64,000 nucleotides of DNA. It comes from Anditalea sp. Lineage in GTDB: Bacteria; Bacteroidota; Bacteroidia; Cytophagales; Cyclobacteriaceae. Positions 36,584 to 47,185 of the stretch are shown one piece after another (the first letter of the stretch is position 1; every line of letters starts with the position of its first letter). Location: positions 6,935-70,934 of the forward strand of contig JBBDSC010000217.1 of NCBI GenBank assembly GCA_040905145.1, read 5' to 3'. A model generated the notes under the pieces. It had not been told where the DNA came from. It saw only the letters and a program-made list of their open reading frames with translations, and did not search any database. A program made the translations under genes and the position numbers.

Positions 36584-37867
36584 CTATAAGCCTGTGGAAA
36601 CGGCCTGTTCCCCTCTTTCTTTGATCAATTGGAGCCGTACATTTATTTTTCTATAGACGACCAAAGGATTAAAAGTGCCCCCTGATTGAATTCTTGCTTC
36701 TGCCAAAAGAGGCCTAACATCCATCCGGTAAGCTTCCTGCAATACCTCCTGGGCCAATGCGGGATCATTCCTCTCCCTTGCTTGTTCTAAAGCAGTCCTA
36801 TCTACCAACAATGCCTGTGCATAGGCAATTTTAATCGCTTCGATGGATTGGAGCAGATCTTCCAGGGGATCTTTAAGGTTATGGCTCGCATCAATCATCC
36901 ATGCAGGACTCGGGTTATGGGAAGTGGTATCTTCCATTCCTTCCACCAACTCATTAAAGATAAGGAATAACTGATAAGGTTTAATTGACCCTACCGTCAG
37001 ATCATCATCCCCATATTTGGAATCATTAAAATGGAAACCGCCCAACTTGCCTTCCATCATGAGAGTGGCCACGATCTGTTCTATATTGGTGTTGGGAAGA
37101 TGATGTCCCAAGTCGACCAAACTAAAGGCCTGATCGCCTAATTTTGAGGCAAGGAGATGAGAGGTGCCCCAATCTTGGATTACAGTGGAATAGAAGTTGG
37201 GCTCATAGGGTTTATATTCAATAAATATTTTCCAATCCTTGGGCATTCCTGAATAGATTTCCCCTAGGGAGGCAAATGTCCGTTGAAAGGCTTTTTTAAA
37301 ATTAAGCTGCCCAGGAAAGGAAGATCCATCGGCCAGCCAAACAGTAAGGGATTTTGATCCGAGTGCATTTCCATACTTTATTACTTCCAGGTTATGGTCA
37401 ATGGCCTGTTGCCTCACCTTGGGATCTGTATGGCAAAGGGAACCGAATTTATAAGAATAAGGCTGCCCGGATTGATCCTGAAAAGTGTTTGAATTAACTG
37501 CATCAAAAGACAGGTCATGGGAAGCCGCCAATGCTTGGATCGCTGGAACATCTCCGGGAATATCCCAAGGAATATGAAGCGATATGGATCCGCAAGATCG
37601 GTTTAAGGCATGGAGCAAGCCCACATCTTCTATTTTTTCTTCCAGGGTGCGTGGCTCTCCTCCACCGGAAAATCTTCCAAATCGCGTACCTCCGGTGCCT
37701 AAGGCCCAACTGGGAATGGCAATCTGGAAGTCCTTGATCTTACCTATTACATGATGAAAATCAATAGCTTTTTTTTCCAACCTCCCCTTCAAATAATTAA
37801 AACTCTCCCGGTGATCCGGGAGAGTCTGTTCATTATGGGCTGCTATTAATTGATCCTCTACACGCAT
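36584..37867 (-). CDS. rhaI: L-rhamnose isomerase (RhaI type, xylose-isomerase-like TIM barrel)
   Basis: 427 aa. IPSWALGTGGTRFGRF and HIPWD are present. The gene is adjacent to, and nearly abuts, the aldolase/dehydrogenase gene. Confidence 0.7.
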   Translation of the reverse strand: MRVEDQLIAAHNEQTLPDHRESFNYLKGRLEKKAIDFHHVIGKIKDFQIAIPSWALGTGGTRFGRFSGGGEPRTLEEKIEDVGLLHALNRSCGSISLHIPWDIPGDVPAIQALAASHDLSFDAVNSNTFQDQSGQPYSYKFGSLCHTDPKVRQQAIDHNLEVIKYGNALGSKSLTVWLADGSSFPGQLNFKKAFQRTFASLGEIYSGMPKDWKIFIEYKPYEPNFYSTVIQDWGTSHLLASKLGDQAFSLVDLGHHLPNTNIEQIVATLMMEGKLGGFHFNDSKYGDDDLTVGSIKPYQLFLIFNELVEGMEDTTSHNPSPAWMIDASHNLKDPLEDLLQSIEAIKIAYAQALLVDRTALEQARERNDPALAQEVLQEAYRMDVRPLLAEARIQSGGTFNPLVVYRKINVRLQLIKERGEQAVSTGL

Positions 37868-37869
37868 AT

Positions 37870-39978
37870 TTATCTTACAAAGGCGGCAGCGACCCCACCA
37901 TCTACATTTAATATATTGCCTGTGCTCTTGCTCAAATTTCCTCCTACAAAAGCAAATACGCCATTGGCGATATCCTCCACACCGATGATCTCATTTAAGA
38001 TCGTGCGTTTGGCATAAAATGCAGGCAGTTCTTCTACTGATATGCCGTAGGCTTTTGCCCTTCCTGCTGCCCATTCACCTTCCCAGATTTTACTTCCTTC
38101 GATGACAGCATCAGGGTTGACTACATTGACCCGGATTTTATCCTTTCCTAATTCAGCAGCCAATAAACGGCTCATATGGACTTGCGCGGCTTTTGCGGTA
38201 CCATAACCCACATTGTTTGGACCGGAAACCAAGGCATTCTTACTGGCAATGTTAATGATGTCCCCACCTTGCGCCTGAGCCCTCAGGATTCCCACGGCAG
38301 CTTTGGATACTGCAAATTGGCCCTTCACCAAGATGTTTTGTAACAGGTCCCATTCTTCCTCGGAGGTATTTTCCAAAGGCTTGGAAATGGCTATTCCCGC
38401 ACAATTTACCACGATGTCCACACCTCCGAACTTATAAATCGCCTCTTTAAAAGCTTCCTTGATATCATCAGGATTAACGACATCCATTAGAGCCCCGGCA
38501 CCGGTATCTTTACCATAGGTAGCTACAGCCTCATCCAGCCTCTCCTCATTGATGTCGGTAATAAATACACATGCCCCTTCTTTGGCCAATTTGTCGGCTA
38601 TGGCTTTGCCAATGCCTCCCGCACCACCCGTGATCAGGGCAATTTTCCTGGAAAGTGGCTGCTCCTTGGGCATTCGTTGAAGTTTGGCTTCCTCCAATAA
38701 CCAGTATTCAATATCAAAGGCTTCTTGAAGTGGTAAAGAAACATAGGTTGAAATGGCTTCTGCACCTTTCATGACATTAATGGCATTGACGTAAAATTCA
38801 CTCGCCACCCGGGCCGTTTGCTTGTTTTTTGCATAAGAGAACATCCCCACGCCGGGCCATAATATGATTACCGGATTGGCATCCCTGATAGCAGGGCTGT
38901 TAGGTCCTTTATGGTCTTCATAATATTTGGTGTAATAATTCCTGTATATTTCAAACTCCTTTTCAAGTTTCGTTTTGATCCATTCCATGTCACCAAGGTC
39001 GACGTCCGCTGGAAAATCCAAAACCAAAGGCCTGATTTTAGTCCTCAGAAAATGATCGGGACAACTCGTTCCCAATGGGGCAAGCTTCTCCAGATCATTG
39101 CTGTTTATGAATTCCATAACCCGATCATCATCTGTAAAATGACCAATCATCCGGGCTTGACTTGAGGCTAATCCCCTCAACACGGGGGCTAATTTTGTGG
39201 CTTGGTCTTTTCTTTCTTCTGGTTTTAAAGAAGAAACTTTCTGGCCTCCGAAGACAGGACGTTTTTTACCATAATTCTCCTCAAGATAAACAGAGGCTTT
39301 GTCTATCACCTCCAGACTGTTGACATAACATTCATAAGAAGTGTCTCCCCAGGTAAAAAGTCCATGTCCCCCCAGCATGATTCCCCTTATTCCCGGATTT
39401 TCTTTTAAGGCTTTTTCCAATTCCAAGGCCAACTCAAATCCGGGCCTACGCCAAGGAACCCAGGCAATTTGTCCTTCAAAAAGTTCTTGGGTAATTTTTT
39501 CCCCTTCTTTAGAAGCAGCTATGGCTATGGCCGCATCCGGGTGAAGGTGATCAATATGTTTGAAAGGCAAAAAAGCATGCAGGGGGGTGTCAATGGACGG
39601 TGCTTTGGAGTCCAGGTCATAAAGGCTATGGTTGAACAGCCCGACCATTTCATCTTCAAATTCCAGTCCCCGGTAGACATTTTTTAAGGAATGCAACTTC
39701 TCTACATACAGAGCGGCCAAGCCGCTTCTTGTAAGGGTTCCGATATCACCCCCTGATCCTTTTATCCACATTACTTCCTTGTCCTGTTGAGTAAGTGGGT
39801 CCTTTTCAATGGTTTTACAACTGGTATTGCCTCCCCCGTAATTTGTAATTCTTAAATCAGCTCCCAGTATATTTGAACGATAAATCAAAAGTGCTACCTG
39901 ATCATCTTTAAGTTCATCTTCTTTCTCTTTATCCCAAAGATAATCTACGTGTTTGAAGGTGTTTTCCATAGTACTCAT
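37870..39978 (-). CDS. rhaEW: Bifunctional rhamnulose-1-phosphate aldolase / short-chain dehydrogenase
   Basis: A class II aldolase-like N-terminal half is joined to a C-terminal SDR (TGGAGGIGKA, YGTAKAA). The start is set at the ATG at 39978 (MSTMENTF). The longer ORF to 40137 has an implausible N-terminus. Confidence 0.85.
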   Translation of the reverse strand: MSTMENTFKHVDYLWDKEKEDELKDDQVALLIYRSNILGADLRITNYGGGNTSCKTIEKDPLTQQDKEVMWIKGSGGDIGTLTRSGLAALYVEKLHSLKNVYRGLEFEDEMVGLFNHSLYDLDSKAPSIDTPLHAFLPFKHIDHLHPDAAIAIAASKEGEKITQELFEGQIAWVPWRRPGFELALELEKALKENPGIRGIMLGGHGLFTWGDTSYECYVNSLEVIDKASVYLEENYGKKRPVFGGQKVSSLKPEERKDQATKLAPVLRGLASSQARMIGHFTDDDRVMEFINSNDLEKLAPLGTSCPDHFLRTKIRPLVLDFPADVDLGDMEWIKTKLEKEFEIYRNYYTKYYEDHKGPNSPAIRDANPVIILWPGVGMFSYAKNKQTARVASEFYVNAINVMKGAEAISTYVSLPLQEAFDIEYWLLEEAKLQRMPKEQPLSRKIALITGGAGGIGKAIADKLAKEGACVFITDINEERLDEAVATYGKDTGAGALMDVVNPDDIKEAFKEAIYKFGGVDIVVNCAGIAISKPLENTSEEEWDLLQNILVKGQFAVSKAAVGILRAQAQGGDIINIASKNALVSGPNNVGYGTAKAAQVHMSRLLAAELGKDKIRVNVVNPDAVIEGSKIWEGEWAAGRAKAYGISVEELPAFYAKRTILNEIIGVEDIANGVFAFVGGNLSKSTGNILNVDGGVAAAFVR

Positions 39979-40193
39979 ATATTTTATAATGGTTTTAGTT
40001 TTGAAATAAAAGCGAATATAATTTCCGGTTTCCGATAAACTGTCCTGTTCTGTACTGTTGATGGTTCTTTGCCTACCAAAAGAATTTTTATTTACTTTTG
40101 AGTGGTGCATAAAACCATTCCACTTGATCTCCATCATCTCATAAGCTATTTATCACAAAAAGCTGAAAATCAGTGATTATTGATCTTAATGAC

Positions 40194-40207
40194 CAACAAT
40201 ATTGTTG
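40194..40207. promoter_or_regulatory. Perfect 14-bp palindrome CAACAATATTGTTG in the divergent rhaEW / SusC intergenic region (candidate operator)
   Basis: Seen directly in the sequence. A second palindrome, CTCATAAATTATGAG, lies about 35 nt upstream of the SusC start. Confidence 0.25.
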
Positions 40208-40400
40208 CCAACCTATAGAAGTTTAAATATTACCATTAATTTTAAGATAATAGGGTAATCGATAAGAAGCTAATAAATAGAAGAATAATTATATTCCAAA
40301 GTTGGTTTCCTCCTGACCAAAAAATATTTATTTTGCTTTGTCTATTAATTCTCATAAATTATGAGCTAAATAATAAACCCATAACCAAAATCACTTTATC

Positions 40401-42782
40401 ATGAAAAAAAATTTACCTTTTTCAGTCCCCTATTTTATTAGGACTGCCCGCTGGCTTATGCTGTCCATGGTATGGCTCCTCCTGGAGCCTTCCTACTCCA
40501 TAGCAAATACCTCATTCTTTGAAAAAATCAAAATCGAACCGGAAACGGGATCCACTTTCTTGTATAAGGAAGCCATTACTGTGAGCGGTAATGTCACTTC
40601 CCAGGAAGACGGGGAATTATTGCCGGGAGTGAATATTTTGGTCAAAGGGACCACCTCGGGAACGGTAACGGATATGGATGGTAATTATTCCATCACTGTA
40701 CAGGATGAAAATGCCACCTTGGTATTTTCTTTTATCGGCTATACCTCCCAAGAAATCCCCATTAACGGGAGGTCCCAGATTGATGTCGCCCTAGAACCGG
40801 ACTATGGGACTTTAGGGGAGGTAGTGGTCATTGGGTATGGTACCCAAAGAAGGTCTGACCTTACTGGGGCCGTGGGCTCCGTGGGAGAAGAAGCCTTGTC
40901 TGAACGGCCAGCACCATCCCTGAACCAAGCTTTGGCTGGTAGAGTCTCGGGGGTACAGGTTAATACCAACTCGGGACGTCCAGGGGGACGAACAAACGTA
41001 AGAATTCGCGGTTTCAGTTCCATCAATTCCTCCAATAATCCCTTGTATGTAGTAGACGGAGTGATGTTGCCCATGGGAAATCAGGCTCAAGCCAGTAGTG
41101 CCATTGATTATATTAACCCTAATGACATAGCTTCTGTGGAAGTCCTGAAGGATGCCTCTTCCACGGCAATTTACGGCTCCAGGGGTGCCAATGGGGTCAT
41201 TCTGATCACCACCAAGAAAGGCAGATCCGGGGAAGGAACCCTCACCTATAACGTGGATTTCAGTGTACCTACCATAGGTCCCAACCGACCGGAAGTATTG
41301 AACACCGAGGAATATCTTGCAGTAGAGGAACTGGCCTGGAGAAATATGGAAAAATATGATCCCGAAGGCTGGGCAGCCGGAAGATGGGCTTATTTGGAGC
41401 CCGCCCTGCGCAGAACTGATCCCCGGATTTTTGACAGCAACGGAAATCCGCTGTACGATACGGATTGGTTGGAAGAAACCACACAAAGCAAGCTTTCACA
41501 AAACCACCAGCTTGGCTTTACCGGTGGAAATGAGAGGACCACCTACTCTCTTTCCCTGGGATATAGGGATGATGAGGGGCTCGTGAAGACATCTTATCTT
41601 ACCCGTTATTCTACCAGATTTACCATTGATGACCAGATCAAATCCTGGTGGAAAGTAGGAGGTACTTTAAGTTATAACAATCAATCGGAAAACCTGGTGG
41701 ATATCAGCGATGCTGTACCACGACAAATAGTTGAAGACTTCCCGTTTTTGCCGGTGAAGTATGAGGACGGAACTTATGCAAACAACAGGGACTATCCCTT
41801 TGCAGAAGGGACCATGAGTTCCATGCACCGACTGCATGGCAGGAAATATATACTGAACACTCAAACTACAATAGGAAGCGCCTATTCCAACATCACACTG
41901 GCTGAAGGACTGGAAATGCGGACGGTGTTGGGGGCGAATATCCTTACCCAGGAAAACGACGAATCCAGTACCAGGACTTTAGCCATTAGTCAAAATGGTA
42001 CGGCGTCTAAAAGTATGAGAAAGGAAAGTTTTTGGTCCCTGGAAAATTATTTGACCTACAATAGAATGTTTAATGAAATCCATTCATTTACCGGTCTGCT
42101 GGGTATTTCCTGGCAGGAAACCAATTTTACCAGAATGGAGGCAAGCATTCAAAATTTTGCCACTGATTATTTTACCTATAATAATTTAGGGGCAGGTAGC
42201 CAGCTTCCCAGAGTTTCATCCGGGGCTTCAAGAAATTCGATGAATTCTTATTTTGCAAGGATCAACTATATTCTGGACGGCAAGTATCTTTTTACAGCTA
42301 CCGGGCGTGCAGACGGATCCTCCAAATTTGGGGAAAACAATAAATATGCCTTCTTCCCTTCCGCAGCATTGGCCTGGAGGGTGTCTGAAGAGCCGTTCTT
42401 GATCAACCATTCTACCATTTCCAACCTAAAGCTTCGGGCAAGTTATGGATTGACGGGCAACTCTGAAATACCCGCTTATTCCTCCCTGTCCCTTTTAAGT
42501 TCAAATTATTCTGCCATTTATAATGAAACGCAGATAGGGGGAACAGGTATAAACAGATTGGCCAACCCTGATCTCAGATGGGAAAAAACAGCCCAAAGTG
42601 ATGTGGGATTAGAACTGGGAATGTTCAATAACCGGCTCAGCTTTGAAGCTGACTTTTATTACAGAAAAACTACTGACATGCTGTTGGATTCACCGGTCCC
42701 ACGCACCAGCGGCTATGCTACCATTAGGAGAAATGTCGGCTCAATGGAGAATAAAGGTATAGAACTTACCTTGAACACATAA
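40401..42782 (+). pseudogene. SusC/RagA-family transporter truncated at the C-terminus (orphan, no SusD)
   Basis: The N-terminal parts are normal (GNVTSQEDGELLPGVNILV, EVVVIGYGTQRRSDLTGAV). The protein ends at residue 793 in the conserved ENKGIELTLNT block, whereas the full-length neighbour has 1130 aa. Confidence 0.75.
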
Positions 42783-42810
42783 TGATAAAAATCCGGGAGG
42801 GCATTTGCCC

Positions 42811-42908
42811 AAAAAGATAACCACAAAGCATCACAAAGTTTTGCACCAAGATTCCACAAAGCCGCCTTCGTGTTGCTTTGTACAGTCTTAGTGCACTTTG
42901 AGGTTAAA
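42811..42908. repeat. Intergenic palindromic word repeat (copy 2 of the pair with 1217-1315), at the SusC truncation point
   Basis: AAAAAGATAACCACAAAGCATCACAAAG...TTCCACAAAGCCGCCTTCGTGTT...GTGCACTTTGAGGTTAAA. Confidence 0.6.
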
Positions 42909-42971
42909 GATAAAAATCTACCAAAGCCTGGCAAAGACATTCAAGTATTACCTATAAAAATAAAATTAAAT

Positions 42972-44345
42972 ATGAAAGAGGAAAATTATGATATTTCAAG
43001 AAGGAAATTCCTTCTAACAGCCGCCACCGCTGCACTAGCGCCACCGCTCATTCTTAGTTTCCCGGCCAATGCGGGATCAAAAAAAGAAAAATTGGCCCAT
43101 GCCTGTATTGGTGTAGGAGGTATGGGTTGGCATGACCTTCAACGTTTCCATGCGCATTCAAACGTTGAAATTGTAGCCCTGTGTGATGTGGATGAAAATA
43201 ATTTAAAAAGGGCGGCCGAAGCGCTACCTGGCGCCCGTACTTATACTGATTGGCGTGAACTGCTAAAAAAGGAGAGAAAGAACATTGATTCTGTCAATGT
43301 AAGTGTCCCGGATCATAATCATTTTCCCATTGCCTTCGAAGCAATCAAAAGAGGGAAACATGTTTATTGCCAAAAGCCCATGTGCCATGATGTGGCTGAA
43401 ATCCGTGCCCTTACCGAAGCCTCAGTCGAAGCCGGGATAATCAGCCAGCTTGGCACGCAACATGCCTCCGGCGACGGCGACAGAACGGCTGTACAATTGA
43501 TTAAAAATGGCACAATTGGAAAAATTAAGCACGTTTACCTCTGTTCCAACCGTCCAGGAGCTACGGAAGCCTATCGGTACGAAGGTCCCCGCCCTGCTGA
43601 AGGACAAGAACCGCCCTCCCATTTAGATTGGGACCTTTGGATAGGCACAGCTCCCATGCGGCCATATTCTCCGGAAATCTATCATCCAGCAAAATGGAGG
43701 GCATGGCAGGATTTCGGAACTGGATGGTCCGGAGATATTGGATGCCATATCTTCGATGCGGTTTGGAAAGGTCTGGAGCTTCAATCACCTCAATCCGTCA
43801 ATGCCCGGGTGCAACAGTCTTGGGATGATTCAGCTGAAAGACGTGGGGATACCTGGCCACAGAGTAACCATATTACCTGGGTATTTCCGGGGAATGACCT
43901 TACCGCTTCTCCAGAACTCCAGGTAGAATGGTTTGATGGTGAATTTTATCCCCCAGAGGAAATCAGGGCCTTATATTCTGTAGAAGATTATCCTGCCGAA
44001 TCAGCCATGTTGATTGGAACAGAAGGAGCCCTGCTGATCCCTCACACTCAAATGCCCGTTCTTCTTCCTGAAAATAAATTTCAAGAGGTTAAACTTCCCG
44101 AATTGGAGCCCAGGGATCATTACCATCATTTTGTGGATGCCTGTCTGGGCGGTGAAAAGACCGCTTCTCATTTTGCCCAGTCTGGCCCCATGACAGAAGC
44201 CATTATATTGGGTACTGTAGCGATTAGGGAACCTGGAAAAACTTTACAATGGGATCCCAAAGAAATGAAATTCTCCAATCATCCCGAAGCGGAGCAATAC
44301 CTAAGCCGCAATTACCGCAGAGGCTGGGGGGTAAAGGGCTTTTAA
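42972..44345 (+). CDS. Gfo/Idh/MocA family oxidoreductase with twin-arginine signal
   Basis: The start is set at the ATG at 42972 (MKEENYDISRRKFLLTAATAALA, a Tat motif). The Rossmann segment is CIGVGGMGWHD. Confidence 0.85.
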   Translation: MKEENYDISRRKFLLTAATAALAPPLILSFPANAGSKKEKLAHACIGVGGMGWHDLQRFHAHSNVEIVALCDVDENNLKRAAEALPGARTYTDWRELLKKERKNIDSVNVSVPDHNHFPIAFEAIKRGKHVYCQKPMCHDVAEIRALTEASVEAGIISQLGTQHASGDGDRTAVQLIKNGTIGKIKHVYLCSNRPGATEAYRYEGPRPAEGQEPPSHLDWDLWIGTAPMRPYSPEIYHPAKWRAWQDFGTGWSGDIGCHIFDAVWKGLELQSPQSVNARVQQSWDDSAERRGDTWPQSNHITWVFPGNDLTASPELQVEWFDGEFYPPEEIRALYSVEDYPAESAMLIGTEGALLIPHTQMPVLLPENKFQEVKLPELEPRDHYHHFVDACLGGEKTASHFAQSGPMTEAIILGTVAIREPGKTLQWDPKEMKFSNHPEAEQYLSRNYRRGWGVKGF

Positions 44346-44380
44346 AAAATGGCTTATATGGGTAAACCCAATAAAATATC

Positions 44381-44406
44381 ACAGTCGGCCGCCCATGGCC
44401 GACTGT
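44381..44406 (+). terminator. Stem-loop (10-bp stem, 6-nt loop)
   Basis: ACAGTCGGCC GCCCAT GGCCGACTGT lies 36 nt after the stop codon. Confidence 0.5.
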
Positions 44407-44490
44407 AAATACAAACTTTCAAGCTTATCCTGGTCTATCAAACCAGAGAGGATAAATCATTGAATAAACCATAAAATAAATACATGTAAA

Positions 44491-46230
44491 ATGAGTTTGG
44501 AAATTAAACCCAAAGAAGAAAATTACGATGCCATTATAGTAGGGTCAGGAGCCGGCGGTGGTATGGCTTCCAAGATTTTGTCAGAAGCTGGTCTGTCGGT
44601 AGCGGTAGTAGAAGCAGGAAGTGATTTTGATCCTGCCAAAGAAGAATATAGGACCCAATTACGTTACCCTTGGGAATCCCCCCGAAGGGGAGCCAATACC
44701 AAGAGGGCCTTTGGTGATTTCGATGCGGCTTATGGCGGATGGGAAATCGAAGGCGAACCCTATACCCGTGCCGGAGGGACACAGTTTGATTGGTTCCGAT
44801 CAAGGATGCTTGGAGGGAGAACCAATCATTGGGGAAGAATCTCCTTGAGATTTGGGCCAAATGATTTCAAAAGAAAAAGCATGGATGGACTGGGAGACGA
44901 TTGGCCTGTCGGATATGACCAAATGAAACCCTATTATGATAAAGTGGATCAGTTGATCGGCGTATTTGGCTCAAAGGAAGGGATGTACAATGAGCCGGAC
45001 GGTTTTTTTCTTCCTCCACCCAAACCCAGATTACATGAGATCGTAATCAAAAAAGGGGCAGACAAAGCGAATATTCCCGTTATTCCATCAAGGCTGTCCA
45101 TTCTCACCAGACCGGTCAATAATGAGCGGGGAACCTGCTTTTTCTGTGCCCAATGCAGCAGGGCATGTCAGGTTTATGGTGATTTTTCAGCAGGTACCTG
45201 CTTGGTAAAACCCGCTATGAAAAAAGGAAAAGTAGATCTCTTCACTTATGCCATGGTCCGTAAAGTCACCACCAATGATCAAGGTGAAGCCACGGGGATT
45301 TCTTATGTGAGCAAGGTGGACATGAAGGAATATAAGCTAAAAGCAAGGGTGGTGGTATTAGGTGCTTCGGCATGTGAATCCGCCAGGATCCTATTGAATT
45401 CAAAATCAAAAACCCATCCCGACGGTTTGGGAAATGGAAGTGGAATGGTGGGCAGATATCTTCATGATTCTACAGGAGCCAGTAGAAGTGCCGTACTCCC
45501 CGACATGGTCGACCGGGACAGGTACAACGAAGATGGTGTAGGGGGGGCGCATATTTATTCCCCTTGGTGGTTAGATAATAAGAAATTGGACTTCCCCAGA
45601 GGCTATCATATAGAATATGGAGGGGGAATAAGAATGCCTGCCTATGGTTTCGGAATGGGGATGGACAACATGAGGCAATATGTAAAGGATGAATTTGGTA
45701 ACCCCAGGCCCAATGGAGGATATGGTACAGGATTGAAAAAGGATATCAAGAGGTTTTATGGTGCCACTATAGGCATGGCTGGCCGTGGAGAGAGTGTGCC
45801 CCAATATGATAACTATTGCGAGATTGATCCCAACACGGTGGATAAATATGGTATCCCGGTATTAAAGTTCAATTATACCTGGACGGATCATGAAGTCAAA
45901 CAGGCGAAGCATATGCAGGATAGTTTTGAAGAGATCATGGAAGGAATGGGAGCTAAGCCCTTAGGAGTAAAGGCTGGGGCAGATACACAATATGGGCTCC
46001 TTGCTCCTGGAAGGATCATCCATGAAGTAGGCACCACCAGAATGGGCAATGATCCAAAGACCTCTGTATTGAACAGCAATTGCCAGGCACATGAGTGTAA
46101 AAACCTTTTTGTTGTAGATGGAGGACCTTTTGTTTCCCAAGCAGATAAAAACCCTACCTGGACAATTTTGGCGCTTTCCTGGAGGACTTCGGATTATATC
46201 GTCGATGAACTCAATAGGAAAAACATTTAA
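44491..46230 (+). CDS. GMC family FAD-dependent oxidoreductase
   Basis: The FAD-binding segment is YDAIIVGSGAGGGMAS. The C-terminal GMC block is HEVGTTRMGNDPKTSVLN..LFVVDGGPF. Confidence 0.85.
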   Translation: MSLEIKPKEENYDAIIVGSGAGGGMASKILSEAGLSVAVVEAGSDFDPAKEEYRTQLRYPWESPRRGANTKRAFGDFDAAYGGWEIEGEPYTRAGGTQFDWFRSRMLGGRTNHWGRISLRFGPNDFKRKSMDGLGDDWPVGYDQMKPYYDKVDQLIGVFGSKEGMYNEPDGFFLPPPKPRLHEIVIKKGADKANIPVIPSRLSILTRPVNNERGTCFFCAQCSRACQVYGDFSAGTCLVKPAMKKGKVDLFTYAMVRKVTTNDQGEATGISYVSKVDMKEYKLKARVVVLGASACESARILLNSKSKTHPDGLGNGSGMVGRYLHDSTGASRSAVLPDMVDRDRYNEDGVGGAHIYSPWWLDNKKLDFPRGYHIEYGGGIRMPAYGFGMGMDNMRQYVKDEFGNPRPNGGYGTGLKKDIKRFYGATIGMAGRGESVPQYDNYCEIDPNTVDKYGIPVLKFNYTWTDHEVKQAKHMQDSFEEIMEGMGAKPLGVKAGADTQYGLLAPGRIIHEVGTTRMGNDPKTSVLNSNCQAHECKNLFVVDGGPFVSQADKNPTWTILALSWRTSDYIVDELNRKNI

Positions 46231-46315
46231 GCACGGTAAGCTTAATCAATTGCAGTACTGTACAGGATGGGATACGTGTGGTTACCCCTTAACTTAGGCC
46301 CAATAAATTTCATTT

Positions 46316-47041
46316 ATGCGAATCGGATTATTTATACCCTGTTATATTGACCAGTTCTATCCCACGGCTGCCATTGCAACGGTAGAACTTCTGGAAAAAT
46401 ACGGTGTGGAAGTGGTGTATCCCTTGGATCAAACCTGCTGTGGTCAACCCATGGCCAATTCTGGTTATGAAGATTTGGGAAAGGGGACAACTGATCTATT
46501 CCTAAGGAACTTTGGCGGCTTTGATTACATTGTCGCACCTTCAGGAAGCTGTACACTCCATGTGAAAGAGCATGTGATACCTAAAGATTCTTTCAGGCCC
46601 CATATCTATGAGCTCTGCGAATTCCTCACGGATATCATTAAAGTGGAAGAAATAAGTTCTTCCTATCCCCATAAAGTCGGTCTGCATGCGAGCTGCCATG
46701 GGGTAAGGGGCCTTGATCTGGCAAAACCCTCTGAAAAGGTGGGGACTGATTATAACAAACCATTAAGTTTACTGGAAAAAGTGGATGGAATAGAAGTAGT
46801 AACCCTTTCCAGAAAAGATGAATGTTGTGGTTTTGGGGGCACCTTTGCCGTATTTGAGGAAGCAGTTTCCGTAAGTATGGGAAATGACCGTATTGAGGAC
46901 CATCAAAGGCAGGGGGTGGAAGTGATTACCTCTGCAGATATGTCTTGTCTGATGCATTTGGAAGGTCTGTTGAAAAGGAAAAACAGCCCTATCAGGGTAA
47001 AGCATATTGCTGAGATTTTAAATGGAAACCCTTTGAATTGA
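46316..47041 (+). CDS. lutA: Lactate utilisation protein A ((Fe-S)-binding, CCG-domain protein)
   Basis: Two CCG motifs are present (DQTCCGQP, DECCGFGG). The gene is followed by lutB and lutC. Confidence 0.8.
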   Translation: MRIGLFIPCYIDQFYPTAAIATVELLEKYGVEVVYPLDQTCCGQPMANSGYEDLGKGTTDLFLRNFGGFDYIVAPSGSCTLHVKEHVIPKDSFRPHIYELCEFLTDIIKVEEISSSYPHKVGLHASCHGVRGLDLAKPSEKVGTDYNKPLSLLEKVDGIEVVTLSRKDECCGFGGTFAVFEEAVSVSMGNDRIEDHQRQGVEVITSADMSCLMHLEGLLKRKNSPIRVKHIAEILNGNPLN

Positions 47042-47185
47042 AGAATAAGACGTAAGCTATAAGACATAAGTTCAAGAATTGCCTGTCATTCTCAGCGCCT
47101 GTTCTCTGTATCTCTGAGAATTCTGTGGTGCAAAAGTATTTTGGCCTCTTGACTCAAATCTAAAATTTAGATAAAGGATAATTTC

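Noticed and set aside
37870-40137. Longer 755-aa version of the aldolase/SDR ORF starting at 40137.
   Set aside because: The first 53 residues (MMEIKWNGFMHHSKVNKNSF...) are encoded by AT-rich promoter-like sequence and look non-native. The ATG at 39978 gives the expected N-terminus.
42870-42971. 5' extension of the Tat-oxidoreductase ORF into the repeat element. Analogous extensions occur at 48462-48560 (lutC), 58291-58368 (SOD), 62113-62166 (MaoC) and 50443-50475 (barrel gene).
   Set aside because: The extensions are translated from repeat or upstream-gene sequence. Internal ATGs give canonical N-termini: a Tat motif, [10 protein letters not shown], and others.
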